The notes beneath the pieces were generated by a model that worked only from the letters and a program-made list of their open reading frames with translations, did no database searches and was not told where the DNA came from. Shown one piece after another: positions 1 through 7,835 of a DNA stretch of 8,942 nt. This DNA is from Paraspadella gotoi (taxonomy: Eukaryota > Animalia > Chaetognatha). The stretch lies in NCBI GenBank assembly GCA_051294375.1, contig JBJCIZ010001517.1, forward strand, positions 1-8,942. Reading direction: 5' to 3'. A program made the position numbers and the translations under genes. The stretch's first letter is position 1, and each line of letters opens with the position of its first letter.

Positions 1-836
1 ATCTCATTCTTGTGCACTCCATGCCGATTAAATCGATGTAGTTTTGTCAAATTAAGATTCAATCAAACTAGGCTCATACGGTTTTTTCCTCAATTTTTTT
101 CCCTTTTTTTTGTGTTTGTCATAAGAAAGAAGGTTTTGATTGATTTGTTCTGAACTAATCAATCATTCTGTTTAAACTATAGCATAGTAAACTGTACTGT
201 AGTTAGTAAGTTTTATTATAAGTTTAACACTAGTTTAAACTTGCAGTAAAATAAAAATTGATGCATCAGTTAGACCATGCAGCAAGCCTTCTACCGGATT
301 CTAATTTACTTTCTTACGAACAACACCACTCTCATTCAGGGTCATCACTAAATTCTCCACCAAAGAATCAAAATATCTAAACAGAAGGAAGAAAAGTTTT
401 GTTTACCTAACTATTTCCAGCATAAATTTTTACTTATACTTCCTATTTATCTATACGAATGCCATACTAATTAAATATAATATTTTTCCCCTTAGTTTAT
501 TATGTTTGATATATTCACAAAGCATTACTTCATTACTTGATCAATAATATATGCAATCTAGCTATCTAATAAAAGGCAAGACCAAGTAGATTCAAAATTT
601 TTACTTGAATTTTTTTATGAAATACTGTTTTAGATTTGAATCTGTTTTAAAAATAGTAAAATTCACAATTTTTTGCAAAATAAATTTACTCATGGCACAA
701 AAGTAGTAATTGGGCCAATTTCCAATCACTTTAGTCAGCCACTTTTGATATTTACTAAAAGCAAAGACTCAGCAGATTCTAAAAATATTGTTATTTTATT
801 TTATTTTATTTTTTTAAATTTTATTAAAGAAATCCT

Positions 837-1037
837 TTAAATTAATTTCAAACGTAAGATTACGATCAAAGAAAAACCGCAAAAGTACTCAATCACTTGG
901 AAAATCTGGAGAGTTCCTTTCCTGTCAAGTTTTTCAGGTTTATCAGTCCCAACGTCTTCTTCAGACAAAAAAGAACCTAATAAAATGAGTCGTGACCCTT
1001 CACCTGGTGTAATTAAAAATTTGGGTAACTCTATTAA
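837..1037 (-). CDS. Possible internal exon / gene fragment; peptide resembles a CPSF160(CPSF1)/DDB1-family C-terminal beta-propeller segment
   Basis: Stop-free minus-strand frame of 66 codons with no ATG: LIELPKFLITPGEGSRLILLGSFLSEEDVGTDKPEKLDRKGTLQIFQVIEYFC... It is more GC-rich than its surroundings. Candidate acceptor TAG ends at 1031 and candidate GT donor is at 888. The 'hydrophobic-G-S...R-K-G-T-L-Q-I-F-Q-V-I-E' pattern recalls the CPSF160 'YVAAGT...RGRILIMDVIE' motif from memory; no search was done. Confidence 0.3.
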   Translation of the reverse strand, partial: LIELPKFLITPGEGSRLILLGSFLSEEDVGTDKPEKLDRKGTLQIFQVIEYFCGFSLIVILRLKLI

Positions 1038-1400
1038 TTAATGAATCTTGCATTTACATTTAATATAAAAAAAAGAAGCTTAATCAATTAGTGAAACAGT
1101 TTTTTGTTTTTTCCATTTAAACTCATTTCCACTCAGACGATTCCATCGAAACTTTATTTCCAGCTTAATCACACACTTTCCAACCCGCATACAAAGTTTC
1201 AAGTCAATCGTACCTTTCAATCATGAGTAATTGACGTTCAAATAGTGAAATATAATTCTTTTTTTTCTTTTAAACTCTTTTCCACTCACACGATTTCATC
1301 GAAACTTCATATCTCGCTGAATCACAAACTTCCCTTCCCACACTCATTTCATTCCAACCATCCATCCAATAACGAGTAATTGGAGTTTTTTGATAAGGTG

Positions 1401-1456
1401 GGACGGACGGACAGACAGACGGACAGACAGACAGAGAGATAGACGGACGGACGGAC
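1401..1456. repeat. (ACGG/ACAG)n tetranucleotide microsatellite
   Basis: GGACGGACGGACAGACAGACGGACAGACAG...GACGGACGGACGGAC read directly. Confidence 0.95.
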
Positions 1457-1537
1457 ATCGTTTTTTTTTTGCATAATTTATCATAACTCGATATTCTGAC
1501 ATGATATAAGTGGTTACCCGACAAAAGTGATTTATAG

Positions 1538-1568
1538 AGTCGGGATCTGCTAACAAGCAGATCCAACT
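1538..1568. other. Terminal stem-loop of element copy A
   Basis: AGTCGGGATCTGC-TAACAA-GCAGATCCAACT; the GGATCTGC/GCAGATCC 8-bp stem is perfect and extends imperfectly. Confidence 0.85.
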
Positions 1569-1634
1569 ACAAAAATGATACAAGTTGAAAAAAAAATGCG
1601 AGTTAAAAAAATGATACGAATTTGAGAATAAGAT

Positions 1635-2180
1635 AAGATTTAATTTGAGACCTCTCCCAACTTTCTATTACTTTTTGTTATTGAAATATAAGTAAAAATT
1701 AGAATTTTTTTTCAAAAAGATTAATCAATTAGTCCCTTCGAACTGATTATTTCTTAACAAGTTTGAGCAAACAATGTCGGATCGATTAATTAATTAATTA
1801 ATTAATTTTAATATGTAATAGAGGCATATTATTACATATTAAAATAATAATTACATTAATAATTTCGTTATTAATTTTTTATATTATAGTAGGAGTCGAC
1901 ATTGTTTGCTTTTATTAAATGCTATTACGTTTGGCAAATATTTTAAAAATTATTAAGTATATCTCTAGATGAATACCGCACTTCAAAAAATTCAATTTTC
2001 ACATCTACTCAATAATCTACAGAGGATAGCTTTAATTTAAGACTTCCCCAACTTTCTAGCGATTTTTTGTTATTGGAATTATAGTGAAAATCATTAATTA
2101 AAACAGTTGAGCAACAATTCCGGATCTCCTACATATTTCATTACATTAATTAATGCGTTTGTAATTATATATATGTTAAT
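1635..2180 (+). repeat. Degenerate direct duplication (~1635-1790 vs ~2025-2130, and ~1850-1885 vs ~2140-2180)
   Basis: TTTAATTTGAGACCTCTCCCAACTTTCTA..TTTTTGTTATTGAAAT vs TTTAATTTAAGACTTCCCCAACTTTCTA..TTTTTTGTTATTGGAAT; TTGAGCAAACAATGTCGGATC vs TTGAGCAACAATTCCGGATC; TTACATTAAT at 1851 and 2141. Confidence 0.75.
1766..1910. repeat. Nested small palindrome (MITE-like)
   Basis: Perfect 14-bp inverted repeat AGCAAACAATGTCG (1766-1779) / CGACATTGTTTGCT (1897-1910). It encloses a perfect 16-bp stem ATTTTAATATGTAATA (1805-1820) / TATTACATATTAAAAT (1830-1845) with a 9-nt loop. Confidence 0.8.
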
Positions 2181-2299
2181 TATTTTAAATATTATATACA
2201 TTTCATATTGAGTCCTTAAAAATGGGTTAGGACAGTAATTAAATATGTTTGTTTACATTTTAATCAAAACAAACAATATCCTCTCATTATTATTTTATG

Positions 2300-2380
2300 T
2301 CTCCTTCTCCTCTCTCTCTCACTCACTCTCTCATCTCTCTCTCTCTCCTCTCTCTCTCTCCTCATATCTCTTTTTCTCAA
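2300..2380. repeat. (CT)n microsatellite, imperfect
   Basis: CTCTCTCTC runs read directly. Confidence 0.9.
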
Positions 2381-2887
2381 TTGCGACGATCTTTATGCTT
2401 TCAGATTTTTTTTAACGCATCATTTTTTTCACCTTAATTATTAATTAATTCATTAATTAATTAACATTTTTAGTAATCATTAATATTAAAGATTCAAGTA
2501 AATGTGACTTATGTTTTTTTCATCTAAACTCAGTTTCCCCCTGCACATATTACCGTCACTCTTATATATTATTATTATTATTAAATATTTAAAAGCTCAG
2601 TGCAACACCCAATGAACTATAATTCAAAAGTTACTATTGAAAATCGATTTAGGTAAGTAAAAGGGAAAAAAAAATAAAGAGGACTAGAAGTTATAAAAAG
2701 CTGTTGTTCATTTTGGCCCGCCTTACTGAGATATATAGGCCATTTACTAGATATTTGGCATGTGATTAAACAATGTTATCGGAATATATAATATTAATCA
2801 ATTTTATGTATCTTTAGTAATATTTTAGTATTTTTTTCCAGTGAGTAAAATAACCATACTTTTTTATTCGCTAATTTTATCGTCGGA

Positions 2888-3120
2888 CTTCTCTCTCTTT
2901 CCTATCTTCTCTCTCTCTCCTCTCCATGCTCTCTCTCATCCTCTTCTCTCTCTCTCTCTCTCTCTCTACTCTCTCTATTGAAATTGGCGACGATACCTTA
3001 TGCTACATTTTACTGCTACTCTTACTTCTCTCTCTCTCCTCTACCTCTGGTCCGCATTCCTCTCTCTCATCTCTCTCCTCTCTCTCTCCTCATCTCTCTC
3101 TCTCTCATCTCTCTTCTCTC
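2888..3120. repeat. (CT)n compound microsatellite
   Basis: Long imperfect CT tracts interrupted by a GCGACGATACCTTATGC motif; mirrored by 7535-7835. Confidence 0.9.
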
Positions 3121-3219
3121 TTTGCATTGCGACGATCCTTATGCTTTTTAGGATTTTTTGAAAACTTAGTAATCATTTTTCTGCCTCAAGTACAAAGTGT
3201 TGACAACTTTTTTTTTTTT

Positions 3220-4790
3220 TTTCTTTCATTTAAACTCTTTCCCCACTTGGCCAACATCCCGTCAATAACTTTATATCTACGCTTTTTTTCACTCACACCT
3301 TTCCTACACCCGCCTCCACAAAAATTTTCATCCTCAATATCTATTATGGGTTTACAGAATAAGTAAATAAGATTTCAAGTAAATCTGTGGACGCAACTCA
3401 TATTTTTTTTTTCATTTAAACCGTCAATTTCCAACACTCGTCGTTTCCCCACCGAAACTTTATATCAAGCAAATCGATACACATTTTTCTACCCACATAG
3501 CGCGTACCTTGTAACAAAAATTGAACTCAATCTATCCATCCGCAATTATGGATGTAAATTAGACCAAAAGTCAGCCAATTCACGAGTTTGGAAGAGCTTT
3601 TTGCTAAGGGGGACGGAATGGACGGATTGATTGACTGATTAATGTAATTATTGATTAATTAATTACTAATTGATTAATTAACTGAATTAATTTATTTGAC
3701 TTATGTAATACGAATCCTGCAATAACAGTTTAATATTAAAAGAAAGAAGCATAATCAATTAGTGAAAACAGGTTTTTATTGTTTTTTCCCATTTATACTC
3801 ATTTTCCACTCAAAAGATCCATCCGAAACTTGGTTTCGTGTCAATACACCAGCTTTTCTAACCCTCACATACAAAATTCCAGGTCAAATTTCGAATAATT
3901 AAGTGGGTAATAAGCTTCTTGGTCAACTTGCATAATTTAATTCACACATTGCATTATTTGGTCAACTGAACATAAATAATTTTGTTAACGACATAATTTG
4001 GTCTAACTGACATAATTTTGGTCAACTGACATAATTTGGTCAACTGACATAATTTGAGCAATTAGGATAGATTTGGTCAACGCGGATAGTATTTGGTTAC
4101 TGGCATAATTTTATCAACTAGCCTAATTTGGCAACAGCATAATTTGTCAACTTGCAAACTTGATAACTTCGCAGAATTTGGTCAACTGCATAATTTTGGT
4201 CAATTAGCAATTAATTTGGTCAATCAATTCAAATTCATCAATTCAAAATCAATCAATTCAATCAAAATCAGGGAGAGGAGACTTTTAAAAAATTAAGAAA
4301 TAAAATGTGTCTTTTGGTTTTCTAATTTGAACTCTTTTCATCCTACGATTCCATCAAAAAATTTTATCCAGCTTTATCACATACTTTCCTTACCCACACC
4401 AAAATTCAATTTCGATTCATCTATTCAATTTTATAAACAAAATAATATGAGTAAATTTAAGTAAAAATACTTCAGTAAATATGGACTTTTGTTTTTCATT
4501 TAACTCATTTCCTCGGCAACGATTCCATCGAAACTGTTATATCCGGCTCAATACACACTTTCGCTACTATCACAATAATTTCAAGTGCATTGCACTATGC
4601 CACTCATGAGCAATTGGCCGTTCGAAATAGTGAAATATATGTTTTTTGTTTTTTCATTTAAAACCAATTTCCACTCGCACGAATTCCTGCGAAACTTCAT
4701 ATCCATCTCAATCACACAGTTTCCTACCCCAACACAAAATTCAATACCAATCCATCACCAAATCACGGGTAACTGTGGAGTTTTTTGCTA
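3220..4790 (+). repeat. Dispersed/tandem ~150-190 bp core satellite units, left arm
   Basis: Approximate consensus TTTTTTCATTTAAACTCATTTCCACTCGCACGATTCCATCGAAACTTTATATCCAGCTTAATCACACACTTTCCTACCCACACAAAAATT, anchored at ~3229, 3415, 3792, 4326, 4499 and 4657, plus a partial copy at ~2521. Confidence 0.9.
3920..4225 (+). repeat. 18-bp minisatellite (GGTCAACTGACATAATTT)n, degenerate
   Basis: For example 4020-4056 GGTCAACTGACATAATTT GGTCAACTGACATAATTT G; many decayed copies on either side. Confidence 0.9.
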
Positions 4791-4795
4791 AGGTG

Positions 4796-4925
4796 GGACG
4801 GACGGACGACGGACGGCGGACGGACGGACGGACCGGACGGAACGGACGGACGGACGGACGGAACGGACGGACGGACGGACGGACGGACGGACAGACGACA
4901 GACACGACAGACGGACGGACGGACA
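4796..4925. repeat. (ACGG)n microsatellite with ACAG variants
   Basis: GGACGGACGGACG... ~130 bp read directly. Confidence 0.95.
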
Positions 4926-5031
4926 TCATTTTTTTTGCATAATTTATCATATTCGATGTTTGACATGATATAAGTGTGTGCCCGACATATTGAGGGGCGG
5001 GAACCGACGATGCCGAAAAAGTGAGTTATAG

Positions 5032-5064
5032 AGTGCGGGATCTGCCTGATAAGCAGATCCGACT
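5032..5064. other. Terminal stem-loop of element copy B
   Basis: AGTGCGGGATCTGC-CTGATAA-GCAGATCCGACT followed by AAAAA. Confidence 0.85.
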
Positions 5065-5165
5065 AAAAATCTATAAATCAATCAGTTCTTTCAAAACAGA
5101 TTATTCTTAAAAATACAAATACAAATATGGTTCAAAATGCAGTTTCTACTTATTAGGCATTTAAA

Positions 5166-5574
5166 ACAAAATTTAAATAAAAAATTGATAATAAAATTAT
5201 TATAAAAATAAATAATACAAATAATGATTTTTTTTTTAAAATTGTGATATTTAATCAAACTTTAATCTAAATAAAATTACAGAATAAATATTAAGCTGAA
5301 CTCTTTAATTCAAATCATATCCAGCTTTTAAAAAGTAATTATATGTTTTATTACTGATCAAAAAAAATTTTATTTATAAAATATATTATGATATAGCTCA
5401 CGTCCAATATTTGATATGGATTATCTTTATTTAGACAAATGTGTAAAAATATTAACCAAACATATGCTTTAACTTTTAATAGCTTAACTAAGAGTATAGT
5501 ATTTAATATTTTTCAAAATATTTTTTTAATTTAAAATTTTTTTATATTAAATTATTATTAATTTAAAAAACTTA
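5166..5574. other. Very AT-rich central spacer/loop of the inverted repeat
   Basis: Lies between the innermost clear arm matches (5140-5158 and 5582-5600); largely not self-complementary; no ORF. Confidence 0.8.
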
Positions 5575-5630
5575 TTTTGAAGCCTAATAAGTAGAAACTG
5601 GCATTTGAGAACATATTTGTATTTTATTTA

Positions 5631-5662
5631 TCGGATCTGCTTAATTAGGCAGATCCCCGACT
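5631..5662. other. Terminal stem-loop of element copy C
   Basis: GGATCTGC (5633-5640) pairs with GCAGATCC (5649-5656). Confidence 0.85.
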
Positions 5663-5770
5663 CTATAACTCACTTTGTCGTCCGCTCGCGGTCCGCCCCT
5701 ATATTGATCGGCACACACTTATATCATGTCAGAACATCGAATTATGAATAAATTATGCAAAAAAAATGAT

Positions 5771-5845
5771 GTCCGTCGTCCTGTCTGTCTGTGCTGTCTG
5801 TCCTGTCTTGTCTATCTGTCAGTTCCGTCCGTCGTCCGTCCGTCC
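5771..5845. repeat. (GTCC/GTCT)n microsatellite
   Basis: GTCCGTCGTCCTGTCTGTCTGT...CCGTCCGTCGTCCGTCCGTCC. Confidence 0.9.
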
Positions 5846-6409
5846 GACTTAGCAAAAAAACTCCAATTAACTCGTAATTGGATGGATGGATCTGGTATGA
5901 CATTTTGTGTGTGGGTGGGAAACATGTGATTGAAGATGGATATGAAGTTTCGAGGGAATCGTGCGAGTGAAATGGGTTTAATGGGAAAAAACAAAAAAAA
6001 AAGTATATATTTCATATTTGACGACAATTGCTCATGAGTGATAGGGGCAATGTGAACTTGAAATTTTGTAATAATGGTAGGGAAAGTGTGTTGATTGAGC
6101 TGGATATAAAGTTTCGATGGAATCGTGCGAGTGGAAATGAGTTAAAATGGAAAAAAAAGTCATATTTTACTTAGAAGTATTTTTACTTAAATTTAACTGC
6201 GATAATTAATTATGTTTATTAAAAATTGATAGATCAAATCGAAAATTGAATTTTTGTGTGTGGGTAAGGAAAAGTAGTGATAAACGCTGGATAATAAATT
6301 TTTGATGGAAGTCAATAGGAGTGAAAGAGTTCAAATTAGAAAAGCAAAAAGACACATCGCTTTTTTGAAGTTTTTTTAAAGAGTTTCTCTCTTCTCTCTC
6401 TGATTTATA

Positions 6410-6427
6410 TTGATTGATTGATTTGTG

Positions 6428-6465
<38 letters not shown>

Positions 6466-6488
6466 CGAGTGATTGATTGATTGATTGA
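6410..6488. repeat. (TTGA)n microsatellite
   Basis: TTGATTGATTGA... read directly; a shorter degenerate (AATC)n counterpart lies at ~4221-4268. Confidence 0.95.
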
Positions 6489-6489
6489 G

Positions 6490-6820
6490 CCAAATTAATG
6501 CAAATTGACAAAAATATGCCAGTTGACCAAATTCTTTGAAAGTTGACCAAATTAATGCCAGTTGACAGTGAAATTCTGCAAGTTGATCAGTTCGGCAAGT
6601 TTGACGCAAATTATGGCTGTTGACCAAATTATGCCCTGTTTGACCAATAGATTGAATTGGCCAAGTTGATAAAATTAAGCCAGTGATGACCAAATTATGC
6701 CGGTTGACCGAAATTATCTTAATTGATCAAATTATGTCAGTTGACCAAATTATGTCAGTAGAACCAAATTATGTCAGTTAACCAAATTATGTCAGTTGAC
6801 AACAATTATGCAAGTTGAGC
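6490..6820 (-). repeat. 18-bp minisatellite (AAATTATGTCAGTTGACC)n
   Basis: For example 6729-6800 has four near-perfect tandem units; mirror of 3920-4225. Confidence 0.9.
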
Positions 6821-7534
6821 GCCAGTTAGCTTATTACCACTTAATTATCGATATGACCTGGAATTTTGTATGTGAGTAGAAAAGTGTGTGATTGAACAGG
6901 AAACCAAGTATCGATGGAATCTTTTGAGTGGAAATGAGTTTAAATGGAAATAAACGAACATAGAAACCCTGTTTCACTAATTGATTATGATTCTTTTTCC
7001 TTTTATATTAAATGTATAAATGCGAATGTAATTAAATAAATTAAATAATTAATTCAGTTTATTAATAAATTAGTCATTAATTATCAATAATTATTATTCA
7101 GTCAATCAATCCGTCCATCGCGTCCCACCTTAGCAAAAAGCTCTAATAACTCGTGATTGGCTGGTTGGATTGGAATGGGAATTTTGTGTGTGGGTAGGAA
7201 AGTGTGTGATAAAGCTGGATATAAAGTTTCGACGGAAGTCGTGTGTGTGGAAATGAGTTTAAAGTGGAAAAAATATAAGTCGCATTTACCTAAAAATAAT
7301 TTTTACGTTATTTTAACCAATAAGTACTCTAATTAATCATAATTGGATGGATAGATTGAGTTCAAATTTTTTGTGTGGGTAGATAAATGTGTAACGATGC
7401 TTGATATAAAGTTTCGGTGGAAACGTACGAGGTGGAAATGAGTTTAAATTAAAAAATATGAAGTCACATTTACTTTGAATCTTTTTACTTATTTTAACCA
7501 TAATAGATTGAGATGATATTTTTGTCAGCGGGTA

Positions 7535-7616
7535 GAGAGAGGAGAGAGAGAGAGAAGTGAGAGAGAGAGAGCAAAAAAATGAGCATAAGGATCGTCGCAA
7601 TTGCAAGGGAAGAAGA

Positions 7617-7679
<63 letters not shown>

Positions 7680-7716
7680 CAGAAAAATGAGCATAAGATC
7701 GGTCGCAATTGCAGAG

Positions 7717-7756
<40 letters not shown>

Positions 7757-7835
7757 AAAGAGAGAGAGAGAAAAAATGAGCATTAAGGATCGGTGCAATG
7801 CAGAGAGAGAGAAGGAGAGAGAGAGAGAAAGAGAG
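7535..7835. repeat. (GA)n compound microsatellite with three interspersed ~35-bp motifs
   Basis: AAAAAATGAGCATAAGGATCGTCGCAATTGCA variants at ~7573, ~7683 and ~7771, each followed by (GA)n. Confidence 0.9.

Larger units (their letters stand above)
1035..1570 (-). mobile_element. Compact non-autonomous Helentron-like element (HINE/DINE-1/pearl type), copy A
   Basis: Two core units (TTTAAACTC anchors at 1116 and 1269, period 153), the junction TTTTTTGATAAGGTGGGACG, (ACGG/ACAG)n at 1401-1456, and a terminal hairpin at 1538-1568 followed by an A-run. Collinear with 3710-3890 joined to ~4580-5065. Strand follows the DINE-1 convention (hairpin + GTCY near the 5' end). Confidence 0.65.
2175..5065 (-). 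mobile_element. Long composite non-autonomous Helentron-like element, copy B (distal end not defined)
   Basis: Terminal hairpin at 5032-5064 plus A-run, (ACGG)n at 4796-4925, and tandem ~150-190 bp core units. No Rep/Helicase or transposase ORF. The distal subterminal repeat was not identified with confidence. Confidence 0.6.
2175..5165. repeat. Left arm of giant imperfect inverted repeat
   Basis: Collinear reverse-complement matches along the whole arm: 2211-2285 with 8830-8905, 2620-2890 with 7835-8110, 3370-3640 with 7095-7490, 3920-4225 with 6490-6820, 4270-4800 with 5845-6405, 4925-5064 with 5631-5770, and 5140-5158 with 5582-5600 (exact 19 bp). Confidence 0.95.
5900..7460 (-). repeat. 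Dispersed/tandem core satellite units, right arm
   Basis: GAGTTTAAA-like anchors at ~5974, 6139, 6327, 6936, 7255 and 7440, plus a partial copy at ~8189; each is preceded by variants of AAGTTTCGATGGAATCGTGCGAGTGGAAAT. Confidence 0.9.

Noticed and set aside
261-380. Short + strand ORF MHQLDHAASLLPDSNLLSYEQHHSHSGSSLNSPPKNQNI
   Set aside because: Only 39 codons with no recognisable motif; it may be the antisense shadow of the candidate minus-strand exon.
1270-1583. ORFs 1270-1566 and 1344-1583 (-)
   Set aside because: They are translations of the GTCY microsatellite and element core (SVRPSV/LSVCPS), and the frames are not preserved in copies B and C.
2926-3366. 146-aa ORF (+)
   Set aside because: Leu/Ser low-complexity product of (CT)n; not conserved in the mirror arm.
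3920-4225. CRISPR array interpretation of the short repeats
   Set aside because: Units are directly tandem without unique spacers, there are no cas genes, and the context is eukaryote-like. The 150-190 bp units are also too long and too divergent.
4585-4973. Five overlapping ORFs on both strands
   Set aside because: They are open only because (ACGG)n lacks stop codons (RTDG/SVRP repeats).
5032-5070. Hairpin plus T/A-run as a rho-independent terminator
   Set aside because: There is no upstream gene and the context is not prokaryotic; it is better explained as a repeated element terminus.
5266-5435. 10-bp inverted match TCTAAATAAA / TTTATTTAGA within the loop
   Set aside because: Roughly centred, but too short and AT-rich to distinguish from chance.
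5166-5574. Pure read fold-back (missed adapter) artefact as the cause of the palindrome
   Set aside because: No adapter-like sequence was seen at the centre, the loop is ~410 bp and mostly non-palindromic, and the arms differ by whole modules. It is disfavoured but not fully excluded without raw reads.
5726-6693. ORFs 5726-5929, 5812-6027, 6206-6550 and 6376-6693 (likewise 4093-4296 and 8267-8486)
   Set aside because: They lie in core units, (TTGA)n, the 18-bp minisatellite or GA tracts; the frames are broken in paralogous copies.
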